Source: a virus (taxonomy: Duplodnaviria > Caudoviricetes). Taken from it: a stretch of 27,205 nucleotides of DNA. The position numbers were made by a program, and so were the translations under genes. The stretch spans positions 1 through 27,205 of IMG/VR virus record IMGVR_UViG_3300027533_000076. One strand, given 5' to 3'. Under the pieces are notes generated by a model that was given only the letters and a program-made list of their open reading frames with translations, made no database searches and was not told the DNA's origin. Below are positions 8,391 to 17,993 of the stretch, in pieces. Positions within the stretch are counted from its first letter, which is position 1; each line of letters begins with the position of its first letter.

Positions 8391-8508
8391 TCGCGCCAAA
8401 GCTGTGGCGCACTACCGCACTCACCTTTCGATAGAGGCACACGTGGCAGACGCTGTCGATAGGAAAGCCAAATCCGAATCGAACAAGCGGAAGGGTAGGC
8501 GCGGGTGA
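8215..8508 (+). CDS. Tail assembly chaperone C-terminal extension, reached by a candidate +1 frameshift
   Basis: The +1 frame is open from 8200 (after TAA-TAG at 8194-8199) to 8508; TCT-TTT-CGG at 8211-8219; the stop overlaps the TMP start (GTGA). Confidence 0.65.
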   Translation, partial: FGVTRNGIPLHEYHLPSKLNVGLGMERILDTIPEFEAREAAQYVHCPWTNWMENLTWFDRAKAVAHYRTHLSIEAHVADAVDRKAKSESNKRKGRRG

Positions 8509-11500
8509 CGTTCCCACCAGTTGGCGTAACCGCAGTAATCGCAGGCATGGCGGTGTTCAACCGCGATGCTGCGATTGTGGAAAGCAGGCTCCTCGGCATC
8601 CAGCGTGTGGCGCGCCGGATGGAGGCGGAGTCTGGAGGGGCCGCTGGCGCGGCTGCATCCGCATTCACTAGCATGGCTAATGCTGTCACGACAGCTGCGG
8701 TCGTGGTAGGCGGAGCAGTCGCGCTAGCCGGCGCTGCGTCAATCAAGTTCGCGGCTGACTTCGAACAGAGCATGGCACTAACCCAAGCTCTGACTGGGGC
8801 CACCGACAAGGAGATGGAAGGCCTCGAAACCAGCATAACCAGCCTAGCTCGAGTAGGCACGCTGGGTATGGGCGACCTTTCTAAGGCCGCTACTGAATTG
8901 GGCCGCGCTGGTGTTACCATCCCTGACATTATGGGTGGTGCATTGAAGGCCGTTCAGGACTTGACCATTGCATCGGGCGGTGAAATTGGGCTGGCGGCGG
9001 CTGCCAAACTAACTGCTACGTCAATGAACGCGTTTGGTCTCACTGTCGAAGAGATTGATCGTGTCACCACAGCTGCCACAGTCGTGGCGCAGAATTCAGC
9101 TCTAACGTTCACCGACTTTGGAACAGCCGTACAGTACTCTGCGCCTGCTTTCAGTGCTGCAGGCTTCACAATCGAAGACCTAGCGTTGGCAACTGCGTTG
9201 CTAGGCAAGAACGGTGTCACGGGTTCCGTGGCTGCTACGTCGTTGCGTGGTGTGATCCAACGTCTGATCAGGCCATCCAACGACGCGCAAAAGGTAATGG
9301 ACCAGTACGGCATTTCGCTGTTTGATAGTGCGGGTAAAGCTCGTGGCATGGACGAAGTCATGCAACAGCTGCACAACGCGTTCAGCGATGAAGCCGTAGC
9401 GGCTGGCAAACTGACTGAAGAACAACGCCTCCAAGCAATATCAACCCTAGGCCTCCAGAGGACTGGCGCAGCGTTCTTGATTCTAGCCAACGCAACGACA
9501 GACGAGATCGCTGAATTGCGTGGGTCATTCGAGCGGTTGCAAGTTACCAAACTGGTAGACCAGCTCCTCAAACCGTTGAACGCGCAAATGGGTATCGCGT
9601 GGAACAACGTCCAGGTGCTGGCTTATGCATTTGGCAAGACGTTCGTCGATGCGTTAGCAGCGCCTGCACGTGACCTAGTGGCGTTCTTGCAAGGCCTAAA
9701 GGAAGCCGACTTCTCCGCTCTCGGGCAACAAGTCATAGACTTCGGCAGGGCTATGCTCGATGCGTTCGCCAACGCTATCCAGCAAGTTCGAGAGTTCGTT
9801 GACGCGTTCGGGTTGGCAGAACCAGCCATGGAGTTGTTCAAGAATATTGCTCTAGGTCTAGGGGCCATCATCGCTGGCAACATCGTAGCAGCTATAGCCA
9901 GCGCTGTGCTGTCGATGGGCGGGTTCTTGTTGGCGGTTGGGTTGATAACCACTGGCATCCTGAAGTTGATAGACCACCTCGATAAGGCGGGTGTCAAGCT
10001 TCCCACCATCGGTGAAATCCTGGATGCTATCGGGAAGAAGCTGTCTGAGCTGGGAGAAGCGTGGGCGCCGTGGGCCGCTGAAGCTGGAGTAGCAGGCGAG
10101 CTAGTAACACAAGCCCTTATAGCTGTTAGTGGTATAGTCGAAGCCTTGCAGTTCACCCTGCAGGGTAACTACGTAGCTGCAGCCGAATCAGCCGCTAAAG
10201 CCACAGGCCACTTCGGGGAGGCTGGTCAACATGCACTGACCATCATCACCCCATTGATAAACCTTGTGGTCAACCTCACTAAGTTTTTGTGGGAACACAA
10301 AGAAGCCGTATTGGCGGTTATAGCTGCATTTGCTCTGTGGCAAGTAGCCGGGGTTATCGCTGGAGTCCTAACTAGCATCGGAGCCGCGCTCACTGTCTTG
10401 ACGGGTATCATCACAACGTCCATTGGCGTGATCGGTGCTATCGTAGCTGTGTTGGGTGGCCCGCTAACTATCGCTATCATTGCTATCATAGCTGTGGTGG
10501 CGTTGCTAACGGCAGCGTGGTCCAACAACTGGGGAGACATACAAGGCAAGACCGCAGCGGTGGTCGCTGGCATAGGTGGGTTCTTCAACCAGCTTGGTTC
10601 TGAAATGCGTATAGTCCAAGCCGGTATAGTAGCACTAGGCCAGGTCATTGGGCAAGCTTGGGAGATGCTTCTCTCGAAGACCCAAGGCACGTGGTTAGGT
10701 ATACGCACCGCAGTCCAAGAAGCGATGATCGCTCTGGACACAGCGATAACCGGTGGTTGGAATACCATCACGTCCACCATCTCCAACGCCTTGTCAACGA
10801 TCGTGTCCACCGTATCAGACGCGTGGAATGGCGTTGTCACAGCCATTAGCGGAGCGCTGGCAACCGCGATTGGTGCTGTGACTACGTGGGTCGGTCAGGT
10901 TGTGGGTATCATCAGAGGCCTAGCAGGCCAACTACTAGCAGCTGGTACTGATGCTGGTCGAGCCGTCGTCCAAGGTCTGACCGGGGCCATCACGAACGGT
11001 ATCGCTGAAGTAGGCCGTGCAGCCACCGCGCTAGCGCAAGGCGTCCTCAATTCAGCTAGAGCAGCGTTGGATGCTCGATCACCGTCCAAGAAGTTCCAAC
11101 AACTAGGTGAAGACGTTGACGAAGGCTTCGAACAAGGCATAGAAGAGAATTCCTACGATGTAGTCGAAGCCGCTACCCAGATCGTAGCCGATCTCGAGTA
11201 CGCGGTCGTCGCACGATTGGAAGCTGCGAAGCGCCCGATACGTGGGACCGCAGCCGGCCTCGTTGACGATCTCGTCGGTGAGATGTATAGCATCATCGGC
11301 CAGATTGACCAGCTTGGTTCGGACATGCAGGCCAAGATGACCGATATCGGTGAGGAAGTCGGACGCAAGATAAACGAAACGATTATCGAAGCCGCCAAGT
11401 CTATCGAAGACGTGATCGAGGATACGAACGATCGTATCCAGGATATGCTCGACAACCTCGCGCGTGCGCGTGAAGAACGTGGTCTACGTTCTGGCCTCAG

Positions 11501-12668
11501 TGACAGCCAAGAAGCTCGTCGACGCGAACAGAAGGATGCACAAGACGAACGAAAGCGTCTGCGCAAGGAACGACAGGAAGACGAAGACGCGGCCAAGGAC
11601 GCCCTCAAGAGTAAGGCCGAATTGGAAAGAGACCATGCCAAGTCTTTGTCCGACAACGAACTCAAACGTTCACGCGACCTCAACGAAGCGAAAGTCGATC
11701 TCGAAGACAGTTTACAAGACGCAACGGACGACAAACAGCGTGCTGCTGCCCTAGAGCGCTACAACGATAGGCGTGCTGATATCGAGCGTGAATTCAGCGA
11801 GAAGATTCAAGACATAGCACGCGATTTCGAGTTGGACAAAGCTGCTCTGGAAGACAAGCTAAAGGAAGAAGCCGAACAACGAGCTGGTCGCCGCCAACGC
11901 CAACAACAAGATGCTGACTTCGAGCGTGCGCTAGAACTAGAGACTAATACTTTAGAGCGTCAACTAGAACAAGAGACTCAGGACTTCAACGACAAGCTCG
12001 AAGACGAAGGCCTCGCACGTTCGATCGCACGCGCTGAAAAGGAACGTGACAAGCGTATCCAATCCATCAACGAAGCGATGGACGAAAAGCAGCGTAAGAT
12101 CCGTGAACAAGGCGAACGTGAAATCCAGGACCTCCACGAGAACACCCTGCGCAAGATTGATATCCTCGAGAAGGAGTTCGCCCAAAAGGCTGCTGACGTC
12201 CTGAAGAAGGGCGGCGAACAGATGCGGCCGTTGGTGGACAATATCCAGGAAATCTTGAGTGGTAATTTCGCTGCCATGCGTAAATCCGCTGAATCATTCA
12301 CCGAGTCTGTGAACAACGCCATCGGTGCTTTGAAGCGACTACGTGAAGAACGTGAACGCGCTGAGTACGAAGCGCCCGTGTTGCCTAGCCCCACTAAAGG
12401 GTTGGGAGTCGAGAATCTACCTGAGTTCCAGAAGGGTGGTATGGTCCCTGGACCGTGGGGTAAGCCTATGGTGGCAGTCGTACATGGTGGTGAATACATC
12501 ACTGGCTTGCACACCAGTGCTGCCAAGATGCTAGCCCAAATGTCACGACAACAACCGACGCCAGGCGATACGTACAACCTGAATCTCAACGCTAGCTACT
12601 CCAGCTATGAATCACCAGCAGACATTGAATTGGATATGCGTGCTATGATTGCGATGGCTCGAGGCTAA
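8505..12668 (+). CDS. Tail tape measure protein
   Basis: 1387 aa; TP901-type core (AADFEQSM..., GSVAATSLR, LFDSAGKARGM), central hydrophobic segments, Trp-spaced repeats, charged coiled coil and C-terminal FQKGGMVPG...VHGGE motif. Confidence 0.92.
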   Translation: MTFPPVGVTAVIAGMAVFNRDAAIVESRLLGIQRVARRMEAESGGAAGAAASAFTSMANAVTTAAVVVGGAVALAGAASIKFAADFEQSMALTQALTGATDKEMEGLETSITSLARVGTLGMGDLSKAATELGRAGVTIPDIMGGALKAVQDLTIASGGEIGLAAAAKLTATSMNAFGLTVEEIDRVTTAATVVAQNSALTFTDFGTAVQYSAPAFSAAGFTIEDLALATALLGKNGVTGSVAATSLRGVIQRLIRPSNDAQKVMDQYGISLFDSAGKARGMDEVMQQLHNAFSDEAVAAGKLTEEQRLQAISTLGLQRTGAAFLILANATTDEIAELRGSFERLQVTKLVDQLLKPLNAQMGIAWNNVQVLAYAFGKTFVDALAAPARDLVAFLQGLKEADFSALGQQVIDFGRAMLDAFANAIQQVREFVDAFGLAEPAMELFKNIALGLGAIIAGNIVAAIASAVLSMGGFLLAVGLITTGILKLIDHLDKAGVKLPTIGEILDAIGKKLSELGEAWAPWAAEAGVAGELVTQALIAVSGIVEALQFTLQGNYVAAAESAAKATGHFGEAGQHALTIITPLINLVVNLTKFLWEHKEAVLAVIAAFALWQVAGVIAGVLTSIGAALTVLTGIITTSIGVIGAIVAVLGGPLTIAIIAIIAVVALLTAAWSNNWGDIQGKTAAVVAGIGGFFNQLGSEMRIVQAGIVALGQVIGQAWEMLLSKTQGTWLGIRTAVQEAMIALDTAITGGWNTITSTISNALSTIVSTVSDAWNGVVTAISGALATAIGAVTTWVGQVVGIIRGLAGQLLAAGTDAGRAVVQGLTGAITNGIAEVGRAATALAQGVLNSARAALDARSPSKKFQQLGEDVDEGFEQGIEENSYDVVEAATQIVADLEYAVVARLEAAKRPIRGTAAGLVDDLVGEMYSIIGQIDQLGSDMQAKMTDIGEEVGRKINETIIEAAKSIEDVIEDTNDRIQDMLDNLARAREERGLRSGLSDSQEARRREQKDAQDERKRLRKERQEDEDAAKDALKSKAELERDHAKSLSDNELKRSRDLNEAKVDLEDSLQDATDDKQRAAALERYNDRRADIEREFSEKIQDIARDFELDKAALEDKLKEEAEQRAGRRQRQQQDADFERALELETNTLERQLEQETQDFNDKLEDEGLARSIARAEKERDKRIQSINEAMDEKQRKIREQGEREIQDLHENTLRKIDILEKEFAQKAADVLKKGGEQMRPLVDNIQEILSGNFAAMRKSAESFTESVNNAIGALKRLREERERAEYEAPVLPSPTKGLGVENLPEFQKGGMVPGPWGKPMVAVVHGGEYITGLHTSAAKMLAQMSRQQPTPGDTYNLNLNASYSSYESPADIELDMRAMIAMARG

Positions 12669-13180
12669 TGGCGCTTACCCTCAAATCAGGCCTAGGATAC
12701 GTCGAAGCGCAAGGCGACCTGGTGGCAGGCGCCACCATGTACGAACTAGAGCGCTCGCCATCCGGTGCTGGTACGTGGACGATCATCGAGACGATGCCGT
12801 ACCCGTACTTCATCGACACGCCTGAAACGGGTTTCGTTCCAACAGCGTTCTACGATTATCGCTATCGTGGTAAGATCGTAGGATCGAAGTTCGCTGTCGC
12901 AGGCCAAGCTTCGATTCTCCCACGGTTCATGTTCCCAGGCACTGTAGGCAGCGGTGCCACCACACTCCAGAACGCCATCAACGCAGCAGCCCCCAACTCC
13001 ACGTTGGACGTAGCGCCCGGCACATACTACCTCGATGGTGCAGTACTCAACAACAACTCCAAAGCCATCACACTACGTGCTCAGAATCATATCTGGCGCA
13101 CGCAACTACAACGACACAGGCGTGAACGCCGCGTGGACTTCTGTTGGTTCGTATTGGCGGTCCACACGTACAGCTCCTGA
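12668..13180 (+). CDS. N-terminal part of a frameshifted tail protein (FN3-like domain + beta-helix cap)
   Basis: TAATG-coupled to TMP; YELERS...W...YDYRYRG is FN3-like; TLQNAINAAAPNSTLDVAPGTY is the typical beta-helix N-cap; protein-like sequence ends at ~13088. Confidence 0.65.
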   Translation: MALTLKSGLGYVEAQGDLVAGATMYELERSPSGAGTWTIIETMPYPYFIDTPETGFVPTAFYDYRYRGKIVGSKFAVAGQASILPRFMFPGTVGSGATTLQNAINAAAPNSTLDVAPGTYYLDGAVLNNNSKAITLRAQNHIWRTQLQRHRRERRVDFCWFVLAVHTYSS

Positions 13181-15875
13181 TATCTCTGAAGCTGGGTTTG
13201 ACGAGATCGACTCCAACGCTGCACAGAATTTCAACAACGTAACTGGTTGGAAGAACGGCGTCCCCACACGGTTCAAAGCCAAAGCGGCCGGCACCACCAC
13301 TTTAGCGGCTGATGAGTATTGTTGGGAAGGTGGTGCAGACAAACGCATACGTCTAGGCGGTACCAATCCGGCTACTCGCTTCGACCGTGTGCACGTAGTC
13401 GAACAGACTGACTGGTGGTTCACGAACGCTGACAACGTGAAGTTCGAGGGCATCACGTTCATGGACGCTGGGTCGGGCCCGTTTGGTAACCCGATCGGCA
13501 ACAACGATCGTGCTGGGTTTGAACTTCGTAACTGCCAGATCGCCTTCACGCATGGTGTGGGTATTAGCTTTGGTTGGCCTACGTACAACGGTGCTAACAC
13601 AGGTAGCGTAGTAGAGAAGTGTTTGATACGCGAGCATGGTGTCAACGGGTTGACCATGCTGAACGCTGCCAGCCATCGCCTTGAGAACAATACGTGGGTC
13701 AACTGCGGCCATGGCTACTACGACTGGCACCAGTCTGGTGGTATGTTCAAACTGGTCCTCAGCACCGATGGTATCGTACGCTACAACGTCAGTCGTGGGA
13801 CCACTATGGGTGGTGGCCTGTGGTGGGATATCCAATGTGATCGAGGCGTAGCGAACTGGAACAAGGTTGGTAACTGTAATGCCACGCCTGGTTGGGTTGA
13901 GATTAGCCGTCAGATTGACGTTCTCGATAACTGCTTCTACAATGGAAGCACCGAGTTTGGCGGGCCTACAGTCCACATATCCAGTTCGTACGATTGTGAG
14001 GTCGCTAGAAACCTTGTAGTCGGCTCTGGTAACGGTGCGAGCGGCGCATTCGGCCGTGTGTGGCAGGTTACTGACGATAGTGACGTACGTACTGACACCT
14101 TGTTCGGCGTTGGTCAGCACCAAATACACGACAACGTCAGCGACAAAATCGCTACTGCCAACAACCCAGACCATGTGTGGGGTAACAGCCTCATACCTGG
14201 CAAGGGCGTGTCGTGGAACGCCAACAAGTGGTATTCTTCGGCTGCTAACTATCGGTGGTTGTGGGGTGCCAGCGTTTGGACCACAATAGCTGATTGGAAC
14301 GCAGTCACTGAGGTTGGCACAGACTTCATAGCCACGTCGGGTGAAGTCCTAGCGCTGAAGAAATGGTGGGGGCTAACCACCGACGATTCACCCGTTGCAC
14401 CTCCAGGCGTTTTCACCGCTATACGTATAGATTCCGGATCGTTCGTACCGTATGTAGATTCGTTTGGCCAAACATGGGCGTCCGACCAGTCGTGGTCTGG
14501 TGATTCGACTGCACTGTTACGTGGCAACGCAGTCGCTGGCACACCAGACCCTACGTTATATCGAAGCGAACGCTACGGAGCTACGTTCTCGTACGTGTTC
14601 GGTGTACCCAACGATACATACACCGTACGCCTGAAATTCGCTGAACTACACTGGACCACGACAGGCCAGCGTGTGTTCAACGTGGCGATCAACGGAACGA
14701 CGGTCCTCTCAAGCTTCGATATATTCTCGCAAGCTGGCGGCGCCAACATAGCTCTAGACAGAGTTTTCAACGTTGTTGTCGCTGCATCAGCCATCACAAT
14801 CAGCTTCACGTCCACTACTGACAACGCTAAGATTGACGCTATTGAAATCACGACTACCCGCACTGCTACTGTTGTAGGCCGCCTAGGCGTTAGAGGCCGA
14901 ACAACAGGCATCAAGGGGGTAGCCGAGGTGCCGCCAGAGCCTGTACCTGAGCCGACACCACCGCCAGTCCCAGGTGTACCTGGTTGCGATATCCTAGTTG
15001 GAATCCCTGAACGGATAGCGTACATCACAGCGGACGACGTGGAATTGAACCTGTCAGCCCCTTGGTACGTGATGCAAGAGGATGGCTTCGGGATGCCACC
15101 CCTCGAGTTCGTCACACAACGTGGACCGTTCCAGCATGGTGAAACCGTCAAGGATATCTGGGTTCGCCCACGCACCATGCAGCTGATTATACGCCGTTCG
15201 GGTACGTCTAGAACTGACTACCAACGCTTGCGTATGGCGTTGATAGACACGCTACGGTTCAACAGGTCTGCACATGGCGCTCCAGGTAGACTGCGTAAGT
15301 ATCTAGCTACAGGGCTGGTGGTCGAGTGGGACGTGTTCGCTAGCGAAGGCCCTGGGTTCCCTAGCCATGATCCGAACGTATGGGACCAGTGGTCCGTACA
15401 GGACACGATACGATTCACTGCGTACGATCCGATTGCACGTAACCCCATCCTACGATCCACATCGTACGGCGCTAGCGGTGTCGTAGGGCTGTTCCCCATC
15501 ACCTTCCCACTCCAGATCGCTTCGTTCGGTGCTAGCGTACCGATCGACTATAGAGGAACGTGGGGTACGTTCCCCACGCTCTACTTGAACGGGCCGTTGA
15601 CGGGCACGCTGATTCGTAACCTAGCCACAGATGAGAAGCTGTCGTTCTCGTACACCATTCCCAGTGGGCGGGTGGTAACCATAGACCTGAACTACGGACG
15701 AAAGACGGTTACGTTGGACGATGGTACGAACTTGATTGGGTACATGTCGTCCGACTCTGATATCGGATCGTTCCATCTCCAACCAGGCGAGAACACTATG
15801 CAGATCTTCGCAACTGGAACGTCCGCTGTTTCGTCCGTCATATTTCACTGGTTTGATCGGTACCTAGGAGTATAG
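13035..15875 (+). CDS. Right-handed beta-helix + malectin + Pro linker + distal tail protein (Dit)
   Basis: Beta-helix repeats; malectin motifs (IRIDSG, PTLYRSERYG, YTVRLKFAE, QRVFNVAING, FDIFSQAGG) at ~14421-14848; PPEPVPEPTPPPVP linker; Dit-like C-terminus (DGFGMPP...QHGE...PRTM...LQPGEN...RYLGV). Confidence 0.8.
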   Translation: MVQYSTTTPKPSHYVLRIISGARNYNDTGVNAAWTSVGSYWRSTRTAPDISEAGFDEIDSNAAQNFNNVTGWKNGVPTRFKAKAAGTTTLAADEYCWEGGADKRIRLGGTNPATRFDRVHVVEQTDWWFTNADNVKFEGITFMDAGSGPFGNPIGNNDRAGFELRNCQIAFTHGVGISFGWPTYNGANTGSVVEKCLIREHGVNGLTMLNAASHRLENNTWVNCGHGYYDWHQSGGMFKLVLSTDGIVRYNVSRGTTMGGGLWWDIQCDRGVANWNKVGNCNATPGWVEISRQIDVLDNCFYNGSTEFGGPTVHISSSYDCEVARNLVVGSGNGASGAFGRVWQVTDDSDVRTDTLFGVGQHQIHDNVSDKIATANNPDHVWGNSLIPGKGVSWNANKWYSSAANYRWLWGASVWTTIADWNAVTEVGTDFIATSGEVLALKKWWGLTTDDSPVAPPGVFTAIRIDSGSFVPYVDSFGQTWASDQSWSGDSTALLRGNAVAGTPDPTLYRSERYGATFSYVFGVPNDTYTVRLKFAELHWTTTGQRVFNVAINGTTVLSSFDIFSQAGGANIALDRVFNVVVAASAITISFTSTTDNAKIDAIEITTTRTATVVGRLGVRGRTTGIKGVAEVPPEPVPEPTPPPVPGVPGCDILVGIPERIAYITADDVELNLSAPWYVMQEDGFGMPPLEFVTQRGPFQHGETVKDIWVRPRTMQLIIRRSGTSRTDYQRLRMALIDTLRFNRSAHGAPGRLRKYLATGLVVEWDVFASEGPGFPSHDPNVWDQWSVQDTIRFTAYDPIARNPILRSTSYGASGVVGLFPITFPLQIASFGASVPIDYRGTWGTFPTLYLNGPLTGTLIRNLATDEKLSFSYTIPSGRVVTIDLNYGRKTVTLDDGTNLIGYMSSDSDIGSFHLQPGENTMQIFATGTSAVSSVIFHWFDRYLGV

Positions 15876-15876
15876 A

Positions 15877-16602
15877 ATGACTGAACGTTCCAGGCCTTGG
15901 GATGGCTCTACAACTGGAGACGCCGTTGAGGCGCCATACGACGCTGCCACGGAGTGGGCACGCATGTTCCGTGCGCTGTTGCCAGCTGTGGAACAGTCCA
16001 CTCATAAAGGTGGTGTCGTGTTCGGCGCTACCGGGTTCAGCGATATGGCTCCCACGTCCCCGTCTGCCAACACAGCACGTATCGCCAACGGTATCGCGTG
16101 GAACCAAGGTACGTGGTACGAATCTGACGCCAACGTAGACTTCACCATTCCCACACCAGCCACGTCCACACGTATAGACCGTATCGTACTACGCAAGTCG
16201 TGGGCTAACCAGACCATACGATTGACACGTATCGCTGGTACTGAAGGCGCTGGCGCTCCAACCATGGTGCAGACCTTTGGTACGACGTGGGACGTACCTA
16301 TCGCTCAGTTCTCCATCACGACGGGCGGGGCTATCACGGTCATTGATGATCGTGTGAACCTGGCGCTGTCGTCCGTTGCTACGGTGTTCTATCGTGGTGT
16401 GTCACCACAGACTCTACCGTCCGTTGGTACTACGATAGGCCAGTGGCGGTACTTCAAAGCGTATGGCGGCTCGTTGTTGATTACGGGGCCTACGAACTCG
16501 ATCATCCCTCCGGGTGGTACGGCTGTGGCAACGACGTACACGATGCCTAACGGAGAATCTACCGACTGGTTCAATGACGGAACCCTGTGGGTGTGCCAGT
16601 GA
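15877..16602 (+). CDS. Minor tail/baseplate protein
   Basis: Follows Dit; G.AW.QG..Y, TRIDRIVLRKSW and P.MVQT...WDVPIAQ are patterns typical of siphovirus minor tail proteins. Confidence 0.7.
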   Translation: MTERSRPWDGSTTGDAVEAPYDAATEWARMFRALLPAVEQSTHKGGVVFGATGFSDMAPTSPSANTARIANGIAWNQGTWYESDANVDFTIPTPATSTRIDRIVLRKSWANQTIRLTRIAGTEGAGAPTMVQTFGTTWDVPIAQFSITTGGAITVIDDRVNLALSSVATVFYRGVSPQTLPSVGTTIGQWRYFKAYGGSLLITGPTNSIIPPGGTAVATTYTMPNGESTDWFNDGTLWVCQ

Positions 16603-17345
16603 CCTTCATCAAAGACCCTGGTAACCAGACTGAGTCCTATCTCGATTCGGCCGTACGCAACTGGCGAGATACGGCTGGCTTGTGGCGTGGATCAGCGCGT
16701 GACCTCGCGGGCACTGTCAACGGACGTGCCACGCCGGGTTGGTCTAGCGGCCAACTGTGGTCCCTTAGCGCCAGCCAATGGGAACAGAACTCTGGAGGCA
16801 ACCTCGCCGCCTACAACGACATGGTGAACCAGCGTAACACCTGGATCACCAACGCCAACACAGCGTACACTAGTGGTACGTGGGGTTCAGGTACACATTG
16901 GGCCACCGTCGCGGGTGGTGACCCCAATATCCAGACTACGAAGTACAACGAAGGCTACGCTGCTGGTGCAGCGTCGAAGACCACCGCAGCAGCTAGTTCG
17001 ACGGGTTGGAATTCAGGTGCTGGCAACAGCCTTAGCGGTTCACCAACGGTTGATCTGATTTCGTTGACGACTCCGCGTGCCGGGCTAGCGCACGTGAGCT
17101 GTGTGGCGCAAGCTGGGCAGAACGGTGGTGATGCGTTCGCCCAGTTGCACCTCTACGTCAATGGCGCGCTCATCTTGAGCGGGCCGAACTTGGGTGTTGC
17201 CGCATCGAGCCAACCTCAATACGCAGTGTTGCAACATCAATTCAACTGTTCAGCAAGCCAATCAGTGACTATACGAGCGACTGGTACTAGCACGGCTCAC
17301 CTCAACAACGGTGGTACCCTGTTGCTAACTGTAGGATCGGTTTAG
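16587..17345 (+). CDS. Putative tail fibre/minor tail protein
   Basis: Gly/Ser/Ala/Asn-rich with a beta-rich C-terminal domain; last gene of the tail block; start uncertain (16587 or 16593). Confidence 0.5.
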   Translation: MGVPVTFIKDPGNQTESYLDSAVRNWRDTAGLWRGSARDLAGTVNGRATPGWSSGQLWSLSASQWEQNSGGNLAAYNDMVNQRNTWITNANTAYTSGTWGSGTHWATVAGGDPNIQTTKYNEGYAAGAASKTTAAASSTGWNSGAGNSLSGSPTVDLISLTTPRAGLAHVSCVAQAGQNGGDAFAQLHLYVNGALILSGPNLGVAASSQPQYAVLQHQFNCSASQSVTIRATGTSTAHLNNGGTLLLTVGSV

Positions 17346-17418
17346 TTGACCTTTTTCGGGCGCCCCCGCAGCCCCCTACCCGCCTCGGTGGATCGGAGGT
17401 TGTGATGGCAAGCGTGAA

Positions 17419-17754
17419 TTGGTGCAAGGCTTAGTAGACGCCTGGGATGCGATTGGCGCAGCCGGTATCGGCTTCGTCATGTTCCTGGCGGCTGTTGGAT
17501 TATATGCCGGCCGTATCGTCAACGGCCAACAAGCAGAAAAGGAACTCCAATCTGCACTAGAAGCGCGCGACAAAGCTCACGAAGCACAAATAGCGCAATG
17601 GCGCGAAAGATACGAGGAGATGCAAGCCGTTTGGGAAGCACGATATCGAGGAGCGCAAGAGTCGTCAGACTATTTCCGCAGTATCGCCTTATCGTTCGCA
17701 AGGCACGCCGAAGAAGGCATCGCATTGGCGAAGGAAAAAATACCGCAGTTGTGA
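17419..17754 (+). CDS. Membrane protein with coiled coil (holin-like)
   Basis: One N-terminal hydrophobic helix (IGAAGIGFVMFLAAVGLY) followed by a charged helical region; first gene of the lysis region. Confidence 0.55.
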   Translation: MVQGLVDAWDAIGAAGIGFVMFLAAVGLYAGRIVNGQQAEKELQSALEARDKAHEAQIAQWRERYEEMQAVWEARYRGAQESSDYFRSIALSFARHAEEGIALAKEKIPQL

Positions 17755-17993
17755 CACTCGTAGAGTGGTTCAAACGCGCTACACGGGTAGTCTACGGTCG
17801 AGGAAGTCGACCCTTAGAGCTAACCCCAATATCGGAGATTGAGTTGCCACCCATCGACCCGCAACCGAAGGGCACGCGACCGCCTAGTGGGGAGGAACGT
17901 AACATGCTAGAGAAAAGAAAGCGGGAACAGGAGGTACAACTAGAGAGGCTACGTATACTGGCCCGTATCAAGACAGGTCGCCATGACACGTGA
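17751..17993 (+). CDS. Hypothetical protein (80 aa)
   Basis: GTGA overlap with the upstream stop and AAGGA upstream; in frame with track ORF 17598..17993. Confidence 0.55.
   Translation: MTLVEWFKRATRVVYGRGSRPLELTPISEIELPPIDPQPKGTRPPSGEERNMLEKRKREQEVQLERLRILARIKTGRHDT

Noticed and set aside
8270-12589. Long antisense ORFs opposite the tape measure gene
   Set aside because: Shadow frames of an Ala/Gly-rich gene, with no motifs or start signals.
17346-17400. Intrinsic terminator or small RNA after the tail genes
   Set aside because: No convincing stem followed by a U-tract on the + strand, and no tRNA-like features.
17598-17750. N-terminal extension of track ORF 17598..17993
   Set aside because: It lies entirely within the upstream gene; the GTG at 17751 is a better coupled start.
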